From positions 4,864,001-4,928,000 of the forward strand of contig OZ250169.1 of the NCBI GenBank assembly GCA_965237955.1: a stretch of 64,000 nt of DNA, written 5' to 3'. This document shows, piece by piece, positions 32,648 through 41,929 of this stretch. Below the pieces are notes generated by a model. The model saw only the letters and a list, made by a program, of their open reading frames with translations. It did no database searches and was not told the origin of the DNA. The position numbers and the translations under genes are program-made. Source of the DNA: Candidatus Marinacidobacterales bacterium. Its GTDB lineage: Bacteria > Acidobacteriota > Vicinamibacteria > Marinacidobacterales > SMYC01. Within the stretch, counting starts at the first letter, position 1, and each line of letters begins with the position of its first letter.

Positions 32648-35004
32648 TGTCGCCCTCCAGTTCGGAAAAGGCGTTTCTGCTCACCCGGCAGTGGCGCGAC
32701 ACGCCGGACGGGATCGAGCTCGTCTTCTGGGCGACGAGCGACTCCGGACCGATCCGGATTCAAATCGACAGGCAAGAAGCAGTCGGGTTTGCCGAGCGAG
32801 CCCATCGAGTTTCGCTCGACGCCGAAAAGTTGGGCGGGCGCTCGAGGCCGCTCGAGCTTGCCACGCTTGCCGGAGCTCCGGTCGACGGGGTGTACTTTCC
32901 CACTCGACACGCACTCGTCGACGCGAGGAGGCTCCTGCGCTCGGGTGGTGCGCGCCTTCACGAATCCGACGTCAAACCACCCGATCGTTTTTTGATGGAG
33001 CGCTTCGTGACCGGTGGCCTGGTGGTGACCGGTGATGCGCACCAGCACCCGACGTATCGCGAGTATCGCAACCCGCTCATCGAGCCTTGCGACTATCGGC
33101 CTGAGCTTCGCGTTCTGACACTCGACATCGAGACCGACAGCGTCGAGACGCTCTACTCGATCTGCGCCACGACCAAAGAGCGCTCGCACGTGTTCCTTCT
33201 ACGATCACCGGAGTGGGGCTCGAACGTGCAAGGCGAGCGCGTCGATGTGGAACACTCCGTCCACCCGGACGAGACCACGCTATTGGAAGAGTTCTTCGCG
33301 TGGGTCGCGGCGGTCGATCCTGACGTCATCATTGGTTGGAACGTCATCGACTTCGACCTCAACTTCATCGAGCAGTGCTGCCAACGATTGAATCTCTCGT
33401 TTGCCGTCGGTCGCGGCAAGGACCGCGCGGCACTCCTCGGGCCGAGTGGTCCGGGCGGAAAACGCGTCGCACGCATCCCCGGTCGCCCCGTGCTCGACGG
33501 CATCGATACGTTGAGAACGGCGACGTGGAGCTTCGAGGACTTCGGGTTGAACGCGGTGGCACGCGAGCTCCTCGGGCGAGGCAAGCTCATCGAGGATGAT
33601 GCCGAAGACAACGAGGAAAAGATTCGAGAGATCCGACGTTTGTATCGCGACGCACCGTGGGATTTGGCGCGGTACAACCTCGAGGATTGCCGTCTCGTCG
33701 AAGGGATCTTCGAGCGCACGCTCTTGATCGATTTCGCGATCGAAAGGACGCAGCTCACCGGACTCGGCCTCGACCGAATAGGTGGCGCGGTCGCTGCGTT
33801 CGACAACCTGTATCTGCCGAGACTCCATCGTGCCGGCCGGGTCGCACCGAACGTCGAAGAGCACGACATGGATGTCGACGAGATGAGCCCGGGCGGTTTC
33901 GTCATGGACTCCGAGCCCGGGCTATTTGCGAACGTCGTCGTTCTCGATTTCAAGAGCTTGTACCCGAGCATCATCCGGACGTTCCTCGTGGATCCGCTCG
34001 GCTTGGCGGTCGAATCCGCCGACCCGGTCAATACTGTCCCGGGGTTCAAAGGCGCGAGCTTTTCGAAGGACACGCACATCCTGCCGGAGCTCATCGAACA
34101 TCTGTGGAGTGCTCGCGATCGCGCGAAGCGCGCGAACAATGATGCGCTCTCCCGCGCGATCAAGATCATCATGAACTCGTTCTACGGCGTTCTCGGAACG
34201 ACCGCGTGTCGCTTTTTCGATCCGCGGCTCGCGTCGAGCATTACCCTCCGCGGGCACGAGATCATCACCCGGAGCCGCGCGTTTATCGAGAACGCCGGAC
34301 ACCGTGTGATCTACGGAGATACTGATTCGCTGTTCGTCCTTCTCGAGGAAGACCTCGAAGAGGATGCATGCCAGGAGATCGGCGGCCGTCTCGCGGTCGA
34401 GCTGACCGCGTTCTGGTCGAACGAAGTTCAGGAGAAATACGGCCTGACGTCTTATCTCGAGCTCGAGCTCGAAAAGCATTACTTGCGCTTTTTCATGCCG
34501 ACAGTGCGCGGCTCGGAGCTCGGCAGCAAGAAGCGGTACGCGGGTTTGGTGCGCCGGGGTGACGACGTCGAGCTTCAGTTCACCGGACTCGAATCGGTGC
34601 GCTCGGATTGGACCCCGATCGCGCGCGAGTTCCAGCGGGAGATTTACCGGCGCGTATTCCACGACGAGCCCTTCGAGGACTACGTCAAAGAGACCGCGCA
34701 TGCCGTCGTCACCGGTAAGCGCGATGCCGACCTCGTCTACCGAAAGCGCTTGCGACGCAAGCTTCAGGATTACGTGAAGAACGTCCCGCCGCACGCGCAA
34801 GCGGCGCGGAAATCCAAACGAACCGGCCGGTTCGTACGCTACCTCATCACCATGAACGGTCCGGAGCCGCTCGACAACAACCCGTCACCGATTGACTACC
34901 AGCACTACGTCGACCGCCAGCTCGCCCCGGCTGCCGACGCATTGCTGCAGGTGAAGGGAACGTCCGTCAGCAAGATTCTCGATCGCCAGATGAGCTTGTT
35001 TTGA
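32647..35004 (+). CDS. polB: DNA polymerase II (family B)
   Basis: FLLTRQWRD N-terminus; DIET exonuclease motif; DFKSLYPS, KIIMNSFYG, YGDTDS and KKRYAG. Confidence 0.95.
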   Translation: MSPSSSEKAFLLTRQWRDTPDGIELVFWATSDSGPIRIQIDRQEAVGFAERAHRVSLDAEKLGGRSRPLELATLAGAPVDGVYFPTRHALVDARRLLRSGGARLHESDVKPPDRFLMERFVTGGLVVTGDAHQHPTYREYRNPLIEPCDYRPELRVLTLDIETDSVETLYSICATTKERSHVFLLRSPEWGSNVQGERVDVEHSVHPDETTLLEEFFAWVAAVDPDVIIGWNVIDFDLNFIEQCCQRLNLSFAVGRGKDRAALLGPSGPGGKRVARIPGRPVLDGIDTLRTATWSFEDFGLNAVARELLGRGKLIEDDAEDNEEKIREIRRLYRDAPWDLARYNLEDCRLVEGIFERTLLIDFAIERTQLTGLGLDRIGGAVAAFDNLYLPRLHRAGRVAPNVEEHDMDVDEMSPGGFVMDSEPGLFANVVVLDFKSLYPSIIRTFLVDPLGLAVESADPVNTVPGFKGASFSKDTHILPELIEHLWSARDRAKRANNDALSRAIKIIMNSFYGVLGTTACRFFDPRLASSITLRGHEIITRSRAFIENAGHRVIYGDTDSLFVLLEEDLEEDACQEIGGRLAVELTAFWSNEVQEKYGLTSYLELELEKHYLRFFMPTVRGSELGSKKRYAGLVRRGDDVELQFTGLESVRSDWTPIAREFQREIYRRVFHDEPFEDYVKETAHAVVTGKRDADLVYRKRLRRKLQDYVKNVPPHAQAARKSKRTGRFVRYLITMNGPEPLDNNPSPIDYQHYVDRQLAPAADALLQVKGTSVSKILDRQMSLF

Positions 35005-35009
35005 ATTTC

Positions 35010-35156
35010 GGCCGCAGTGTGGCCGACCTGGTGCGGGAGGCAATCCGCCGTGTATGGTTGCGCCCAGGCATCCAACCCGAGGAGCCGGTTGCGCTGTGGG
35101 ACGGCGAACCGCGTCGTACCTCGTCCGAGCACGACACTATCTACGACGCTCCCTGA
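35010..35156 (+). pseudogene. 5'-truncated CopG/RHH antitoxin
   Basis: GRSVADLVREAIRRVW...HDTIYDAP*; stop overlaps the PIN ATG. Confidence 0.55.
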
Positions 35157-35568
35157 TGCGTCAGGGCGAGCAGGTTTTCGTTGATACGGATGCCTGGATT
35201 GCTCTCGCACCCGCGATCCGCTGCACGATCGTGCGTCCGAGATCTGGTTATCGATCAAGGACGGCGGCCTGAAGCTGCGAACTTCGGTTCCAGTCGTGCT
35301 CGAGACCTTCACGTTCCTCGAACGCAATGCAATGCGCGACGTCGCGCTCGCTTGGAAGGACTCGCTTTCCAAGCTCAGTAGGCTCAAGACATTGGAATGT
35401 CGGCCGAAGGATCTCGACCTGTGCTGGCCCTACTTCGAACGCCGAGATTTGCACAAGCTCTCAGCGACCGACGCTACGAGCTTCGTTATCATGAGCCGCG
35501 AGAAAATCCGTATTGCGTTCAGCTTTGACCACCATTTCGCCGTTGTCGGCTTCGGGATTGTGGGCTAG
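35156..35568 (+). pseudogene. VapC PIN-domain toxin, frameshifted
   Basis: VFVDTDAWIAL...; second frame VLET...LSATDATSF...FSFDHHF. Confidence 0.75.
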
Positions 35569-35588
35569 GCCACAGTTTCGTTTCGGGA

Positions 35589-35829
35589 ATGAAGCACGTC
35601 GCCTTTCTGCTCGCCCTCGCAGTCACGGGTGTCCTTTTTCGTCGATTGGTGTGTGGTCGTGTCCCAATGCGGCTGCCTGTCGCTGTGGAATGGCAACGCG
35701 ACGTACTGCAACATTCATGCGCCGATGGGACCGCACTGTCCGTGGTGCGCGCACCCGCTAGCCGGGGGCGGCATTGCGTTCGGCGCGGCGGTCGTCCAGC
35801 GTTTCGTGTGGGAATATTGGCCGAGTTAG
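35589..35829 (+). pseudogene. Cys-rich membrane hypothetical protein, frameshifted or truncated
   Basis: MKHVAFLLALAVTGVLF shifts at a T-run into FVDWC...CGC...CNIH...HCPWC. Confidence 0.45.
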
Positions 35830-35925
35830 CTCACTTTTCCGGAAGCGATAGCACGTCATCGCCTTCCACCGTTGCCAGGCCGAGTATACTCACACCCGCT
35901 CTCGACAGGAAAGGAGGCCTTTCAG

Positions 35926-37353
35926 ATGCACTGGATGAAGCGCACTCTCGTTCTCTTGCCGTTGCTCGCAACGACGCCGACCGTACTCGCTCAAGACGAC
36001 TACGGAAGCCGCGGCAACCTCTGGGCCGATTGGACTCAAGAGGAGCGCCTGGAAGCGATGGAGCTCGGTGAGCGCTTCAAGGTGATGATCGGCGCTGCCC
36101 GAAGCGAGATGATGATGGTGAAAGAGGCCATCCGCCATGCGGAGGCGCGCGGCTTCGTCGCCTGGGATCCGGCTCGCGGGACGCCGAGCCCGGGGGACAA
36201 GTTTTACGCGGTCAACCGGGATCGAACGATCGTGTTGTGGATCGTCGGCCAAGAGCCGCTCGCGAGCGGGATGCGGCTGGTGAACAGCCACATCGACTCG
36301 GTGCGGCTCGAGACCAAACCCCATCCTCTTCGCGAGCAAAACGGCGCGGTCGTGATGGACACTCTGGTCCATGGAGGCGTCAAGGGCTATCAATGGACCA
36401 ACGTGCCCCTCGCCATCACCGGCCGTGTGGACAAAAAGGACGGGACCACGGTGTGGCTCGAGATCGGGCTCGATGACGACGACCCCATCTTCCTCGTTCC
36501 CGATCTCGCACCCCACGTGGACCGCGACTACCGCGACCGCACCCGGGCGGAAGCCATCGAGCGTGAAGAGCTCGACCCCGTCATCGCCTCCGCACCCCCA
36601 GCGGAGGGCTCCGATCGAGAGACGGTGCTGGACGAGACGCTTCACCTGTTGCAGGAGCAGTATGGTATCGAGCGCGACGACTGGATGAGCGCCGACATCC
36701 AGATTGTGCCGGCGACCGCGCCCCGCGATGTTGGTCTCGACCGGGCGCTCCTGGCCGCGTTCGGCTTGGACGATCGCCTGACGGCGGTAGTGAGTCTGTT
36801 CGCGCTGGACGAGCTCGGGACACCGGCCCATACCGCCATGGCCTACATGGTCGCCGACGAGGAAGTCGGAAGCCGTTGGAACATCGGTGTCTCTTCCGAG
36901 TGGTTTCGCAAGCTCGTGTCCGAAATGATTGTCGCCGAGACGGGTTCGGTCAGCGAGCTCGACGTGATGGAATCGTTTTCCAACACCCATACGGTGACGG
37001 CCGACACCACCACCGCCACCAACCCGCTTTGGCCCGAGCCCCAGGCCAAGGACAACGCGGCCTTGATGCACCACGGCCTCGTCATCAAGCTCTACGGGCC
37101 CGGAAGAAGCGCTAACAGCGAGTTCGTCGCCCACCTTCGGAGGATCCTCGACGACGGTAACGTCGGTTGGCAGACCCACAGCTACAAAGCGGGCTACGGC
37201 GGGGGCACGATCTCGTCCTACTTCGCGGGCTGGAACATGGAAGTCACGGACTGGGGCGTCGGCATCTGGTCCATGCACTCCACCTACGACGTCGCGTCCA
37301 AGGCCGATATCTGGGCCCTATTCAAAGGCTTCGTGGTGTTCTTTCAGAGCTAA
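35926..37353 (+). CDS. Secreted M18 family aminopeptidase, copy 1
   Basis: Signal peptide; SHIDS, GLDDR, DEEVGS, GGGTI and SMHS motifs; RBS AGGAGG. Confidence 0.88.
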   Translation: MHWMKRTLVLLPLLATTPTVLAQDDYGSRGNLWADWTQEERLEAMELGERFKVMIGAARSEMMMVKEAIRHAEARGFVAWDPARGTPSPGDKFYAVNRDRTIVLWIVGQEPLASGMRLVNSHIDSVRLETKPHPLREQNGAVVMDTLVHGGVKGYQWTNVPLAITGRVDKKDGTTVWLEIGLDDDDPIFLVPDLAPHVDRDYRDRTRAEAIEREELDPVIASAPPAEGSDRETVLDETLHLLQEQYGIERDDWMSADIQIVPATAPRDVGLDRALLAAFGLDDRLTAVVSLFALDELGTPAHTAMAYMVADEEVGSRWNIGVSSEWFRKLVSEMIVAETGSVSELDVMESFSNTHTVTADTTTATNPLWPEPQAKDNAALMHHGLVIKLYGPGRSANSEFVAHLRRILDDGNVGWQTHSYKAGYGGGTISSYFAGWNMEVTDWGVGIWSMHSTYDVASKADIWALFKGFVVFFQS

Positions 37354-37454
37354 TCCCGGCGAGACACGGCCGTCGCCATGGTCGGAGCAGCCTCCGGACG
37401 AAAGGGCCACCTGTCTCTCGCGCCGATCCCCGCTGAGCTGCGACCGCTCGAGTC

Positions 37455-38450
37455 TCAGTTGTCACCGGCATCGTGCCGTCTGAGCTCATCCGCGAGGTTC
37501 AATACGATGTCGAAGAGCATCATGGGCTTCTCGGCGCGGAAGGCAGGCTCCGTCGAGACCTTCACCGCCATGACCGCCGTCCCCTGGCGATAGAAGAGCT
37601 CTCGACCGTCGCGCGCCCACACGGGAGCCCTTCCGCCGTCCGACGAGACCGGCTCGCGCGTCCCCGGCCCGGAAAGGGCTGTACGTAGATCTCCGCTCTT
37701 CCGGTCTCGTCCGACACGTAGGCGATCCACGTTCCGTCCGGCGAAAACGCGGCCGCGTTCTCGTTGGCCGGTGAAGAGACGAATGGAAAACGGATCGCCG
37801 CCCCGCGGAAGGATGAAAACGTCACGTCCCTCGGTGTCGCCGATGTTCGTGATCGCGAGGAACTCGCCATCTGGCGCCCAGCAGAGTGGCCACTGCACGT
37901 TGGCGCGCGCGAGGAGGCGCCTCGCTTCTCCGGTGCCATCCGCGGCTTTGACATAGATGTGGCCATCGCCACTAGTGTACGCGAGCTCGGTGCCGTCCGG
38001 GCTCCAGAGCGGCTCAACGAGCCCGTTTTCTTCGGCGACGAGAATGCGTGTCCCGCGGGCGATGTCGTGCACCCAGATCCGGTCGGCGAGATCGTCGGCG
38101 GCGACGCGTGAGCCGTCGGGAGAAAGCTTCAGCCAGTGGTAGGAACCATCGAACGCGTGATCGTATCGGCCCTCGCGATCGACCCAGACGACGGTCCGCG
38201 ACTGCTCGACGGTCGGGATGTAGACGAGTGTACCGTCGCGTCCCACCGCGAAATAGCGCTCCGAGGTTCCGGGTCAACTTGGGCCGGCGACGTTCTCCAC
38301 GGCGGGAAACGGTGTCCCGAACGTCTCGAGCGCGTCGAGGTCGAAGCGAACGGCAAGGAGCCCACCCGCAGACCTGAAGATCAAATGACCACTCGGCGAG
38401 TAGAAAGCACCCGCGCCCTCGATGAGCTTGCGGTGCTCCGTGGCAGCCAT
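37455..38450 (-). pseudogene. PD40/TolB-like beta-propeller fragment, frameshifted
   Basis: LSPDGSRVA, WSPDGTELAY, FSPDGTWIAYVSDETG and PVWARDGRELFYR spread over three frames. Confidence 0.75.
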
Positions 38451-38585
38451 TGTTTAGACTAGACGACTATTCAGTGCGAATCGAACACCGCTTGATACGA
38501 CACGACCTTTCGCGTCATCGCCTTCATCTATTTGCCAGGCCGAGTATACTCACACCCGCTCTCGACAGGAAAGGAGGCCTTTCAG

Positions 38586-40013
38586 ATGCACTGGATGAAG
38601 CGCACTCTCGTTCTCTTGCCGTTGCTCGCAACGACGCCGACCGTACTCGCTCAAGACGACTACGGAAGCCGCGGCAACCTCTGGGCCGATTGGACTCAAG
38701 AGGAGCGCCTGGAAGCGATGGAGCTCGGTGAGCGCTTCAAGGTGATGATCGGCGCTGCCCGAAGCGAGATGATGATGGTGAAAGAGGCCATCCGCCATGC
38801 GGAGGCGCGCGGCTTCGTCGCCTGGGATCCGGCTCGCGGGACGCCGAGCCCGGGGGACAAGTTTTACGCGGTCAACCGGGATCGAACGATCGTGTTGTGG
38901 ATCGTCGGCCAAGAGCCGCTCGCGAGCGGGATGCGGCTGGTGAACAGCCACATCGACTCGGTGCGGCTCGAGACCAAACCCCATCCTCTTCGCGAGCAAA
39001 ACGGCGCGGTCGTGATGGACACTCTGGTCCATGGAGGCGTCAAGGGCTATCAATGGACCAACGTGCCCCTCGCCATCACCGGCCGTGTGGACAAAAAGGA
39101 CGGGACCACGGTGTGGCTCGAGATCGGGCTCGATGACGACGACCCCATCTTCCTCGTTCCCGATCTCGCACCCCACGTGGACCGCGACTACCGCGACCGC
39201 ACCCGGGCGGAAGCCATCGAGCGTGAAGAGCTCGACCCCGTCATCGCCTCCGCACCCCCAGCGGAGGGCTCCGATCGAGAGACGGTGCTGGACGAGGCGC
39301 TTCACTTGTTGCAGGAGCAGTATGGAATCGAGCGCGACGACTGGATAAGCGCCGACATCCAGATTGTGCCGGCGACCGCGCCCCGCGACGTTGGTCTCGA
39401 CCGCGCGCTCCTGGCCGCGTTCGGCTTGGACGATCGCCTCACGGCGGTGGTGAGTCTCTTCGCGCTGGACGAGCTCACCGCGCCGGCCCATACCGCAATG
39501 GCCTACATGGTCGCCGACGAGGAAGTCGGAAGCCGTTGGAACATCGGCGTCTCTTCCGAGTGGTTTCGCAAGCTGGTGTCCGAGATGATTGTCGCCGAGA
39601 AGGGTTCGGTCAGCGAGCTCGACGTGATGGAATCGTTTTCCAACACCCATACGGTGACGGCCGACACCACCACCGCCACCAACCCGCTTTGGCCCGCGCC
39701 CCAGGCCAAGGACAACGCGGCCTTGATGCACCACGGCCTCGTCATCAAGCTCTACGGGCCCGGAAGAAGCGCTAACAGCGAGTTCGTCGCCCACCTTCGG
39801 AGGATCCTCGACGACGGTAACGTCGGTTGGCAGACCCACAGCTACAAAGCGGGCTACGGCGGCGGCACGATCTCGTACTACTTCGCGGGCTGGAATATGG
39901 AAGTCACGGACTGGGGCGTCGGCATCTGGTCCACGCACTCCCCCTACGCCGTCGCGTCCAAGGCCGATATCTGGGCCCTATTCAAAGGCTTCGTGGTGTT
40001 CTTTCAGAGCTAA
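38586..40013 (+). CDS. Secreted M18 family aminopeptidase, copy 2
   Basis: Near-identical paralog of 35926-37353. Confidence 0.88.
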   Translation: MHWMKRTLVLLPLLATTPTVLAQDDYGSRGNLWADWTQEERLEAMELGERFKVMIGAARSEMMMVKEAIRHAEARGFVAWDPARGTPSPGDKFYAVNRDRTIVLWIVGQEPLASGMRLVNSHIDSVRLETKPHPLREQNGAVVMDTLVHGGVKGYQWTNVPLAITGRVDKKDGTTVWLEIGLDDDDPIFLVPDLAPHVDRDYRDRTRAEAIEREELDPVIASAPPAEGSDRETVLDEALHLLQEQYGIERDDWISADIQIVPATAPRDVGLDRALLAAFGLDDRLTAVVSLFALDELTAPAHTAMAYMVADEEVGSRWNIGVSSEWFRKLVSEMIVAEKGSVSELDVMESFSNTHTVTADTTTATNPLWPAPQAKDNAALMHHGLVIKLYGPGRSANSEFVAHLRRILDDGNVGWQTHSYKAGYGGGTISYYFAGWNMEVTDWGVGIWSTHSPYAVASKADIWALFKGFVVFFQS

Positions 40014-40023
40014 CCCGGCTCAG

Positions 40024-40650
40024 TTAGCTGTCTCGTCCTGTGCGTTGAATACGATACAGCACGAGACGAAATTCAGGAACCCCCGGACCTCTTTCGATAG
40101 CTAGCTCTTCCTCGCGTGCCAATCCCTCGAGCTCGAGCCCGCGCTCGGGGGTGAGCACGACGAGGAAGGCGCCCGGCCGTCCGTGTTCGCGGAGGAATCC
40201 GGCGAGCTTGTGCTCGTTGCCGTCGGGGTAGTTGAAGAACGCGTCGATGTCCTCGAGGCGGATGCCGAGCTTCGGATATGTCGATAAATCGAAGTAGTCG
40301 CCTTGGCAGGTGCGCCAACTCGAAGCCATCCCGCGCTCGGTGAGCATGCGCAGGTTGTCTTGCGCGAGCTGACACAGGTTCGGATGGGATTCGATGCCGT
40401 ATGCCCATAGATCGTGAGGCACGGTGCACAGAGCGGCCACCAGCCGGCCATCTCCCATGCCGGCGTCCAGCACCTTGGCTCGTGTGCCGAGTCGGGACCA
40501 GAATCCGGTGGCCTGGAGCTTTTCGAGCGCGGCATCCAGGACGTCGAGGGGCATCGCGAGCCAGATGCCGTCGGCGGTCAGGCGCAGTGGCTGGCCGTCG
40601 AACGCTCGTTTTTCGGAGCGCGCGAAGGTCTCGGCGAACTCAGGGTTCAC
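40024..40650 (-). CDS. Class I SAM-dependent methyltransferase
   Basis: VLDAGMGDGR, YGIE, GDY and FFNYP motifs. Confidence 0.75.
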   Translation of the reverse strand: MNPEFAETFARSEKRAFDGQPLRLTADGIWLAMPLDVLDAALEKLQATGFWSRLGTRAKVLDAGMGDGRLVAALCTVPHDLWAYGIESHPNLCQLAQDNLRMLTERGMASSWRTCQGDYFDLSTYPKLGIRLEDIDAFFNYPDGNEHKLAGFLREHGRPGAFLVVLTPERGLELEGLAREEELAIERGPGVPEFRLVLYRIQRTGRDS

Positions 40651-40759
40651 TAGACGACGTTAACCTTTCCAGCAATTTGACCGATTTGATTGCGATTATA
40701 CCCCCTGTATGATCTATTTTTATTCGGAATGAGAAAAAAATTAGAAGACGTTATTAGGG

Positions 40760-40903
40760 CCGATTAGAACTCTGGAGGCACTCCACCTTGCGTCAGTCGA
40801 TTTCTTGAGGCGTCAGAATCAAGACGTCGAGCTTGCCACGTACGACGAGCGCATGCTGAAGGCTGCTGAGAGAATCGGCGTGACGATCTTCGATCTGTCC
40901 TGA
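40760..40903 (+). pseudogene. C-terminal remnant of a PIN/VapC toxin
   Basis: PIRTLEALHLAS...LATYDERMLKAAERIG. Confidence 0.6.
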
Positions 40904-40988
40904 GCGAAATCTCGTTCGAACGAGCGAAGCCTGCGGCTGGTGCCGCCCCTATCAGGCGAGAAACTACCCGAGCTGATAAAAGGGTTGT

Positions 40989-41153
40989 GAGTGAAGGCTC
41001 CGGCAGCTAAACCCCTTTGAATCACCGGTGCGCTTATGCCCCAGGACGAGCTTGGGTCCGAGCGGGCTCCCTATCATTGGCGAGGCTTTCAACGGAAGCA
41101 CTCCCCAGGGTCAGAATCCAAACAATCGCCATCTCGGGCCGGAGCCTTCACTC
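40989..41153 (+). ncRNA. Putative bridge/seek RNA of IS110 element A
   Basis: 16-bp perfect closing stem (40989-41004 with 41138-41153) and inner hairpins; contains CCCTATCA and GGTCAG, matching the element junctions; paralogous to 47243-47401. Confidence 0.7.
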
Positions 41154-41632
41154 GCCAAAATACATGTGAGGTGAGTGATGCACAAGCGAAGGAACAAGGG
41201 TCGAACCAACTCGGACAACGTTGCGCAGTCGCTGCCCGTGATAAGGCCGAACGTAGCGGGCATCGATATTGGCAGTCGTGAGCATTGGGTGTGTGGCCCC
41301 GCTCTGGCGGACGGCGGGGCAAACGTGCGGGTGTTCTTCACAACAACATCGTCATTGAATGAACTGGCGGATTGGCTCATCGAGCAAGGGGTCGAGTCGG
41401 TGGCGATGGAAAGCACCTACGTCTATTGGATTCCGGTCTATGAGTTGCTTGAATCCCGGGGCCTTGAGGTCATGCTGGTAAACTCGCGCCAGCTCAGCAA
41501 TGTCCCGGGGCGCAAAACCGATATGCAAGACTGTCAGTGGCTGCAGCTGTTACACAGCTGCGGTCTTATTTCGGTTCAGCTGGAACATGACAGTCCTGAA
41601 GTTAAAATACGCACATGGAAAAAGGAGCTGTC

Positions 41633-41929
41633 ATGAGCAAAGGTCGTCGTCGTCACACTGCGGAGCAAAAGGCAGAGCTGTTGCGCCAGCACGTTGCCGA
41701 GAAAAAGCCGGTCTCGGAGGTATGCAACGAGGCAGAAATCCAGCCGAGCCTGTTCTACACATGGCAAAGGGAGCTATTGGCTGGAGCCCATACGGTGTTT
41801 TCGTTCCGTCGTGCGCCGAGCCGTGAGAAGGAGCTAGAGGAGAAGCTCTCCCGTCTCGAGGCGAAGGTGGCCCGTAAGGATCAGATCATCGCTGAGGTGA
41901 CCGAAGAGTACGTGACACTCAAAAAAAAA
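41633..41929 (+). pseudogene. IS3 OrfA (HTH), interrupted at its A9 slippery site; tail at 44959-44973
   Basis: MSKGRRRHTAEQKAELLRQH...TLKKK|LGEA*. Confidence 0.85.

Larger units (their letters stand above)
35872..40013 (+). repeat. ~1.48-kb direct duplication (35872-37353 and 38532-40013)
   Basis: Appears identical over the first ~765 bp, then ~25 substitutions (read by eye). Confidence 0.9.

Noticed and set aside
32647-35004. Family-B polymerase of a casposon, pipolin or phage
   Set aside because: N-terminus and motifs match cellular Pol II; no cas1, integrase or terminal repeats adjacent
35890-39938. Long antisense ORFs (462 aa twice; likewise 25888-27081, 28175-29215 and 33153-34172)
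   Set aside because: Shadow ORFs of high-GC genes with clear family motifs on the other strand
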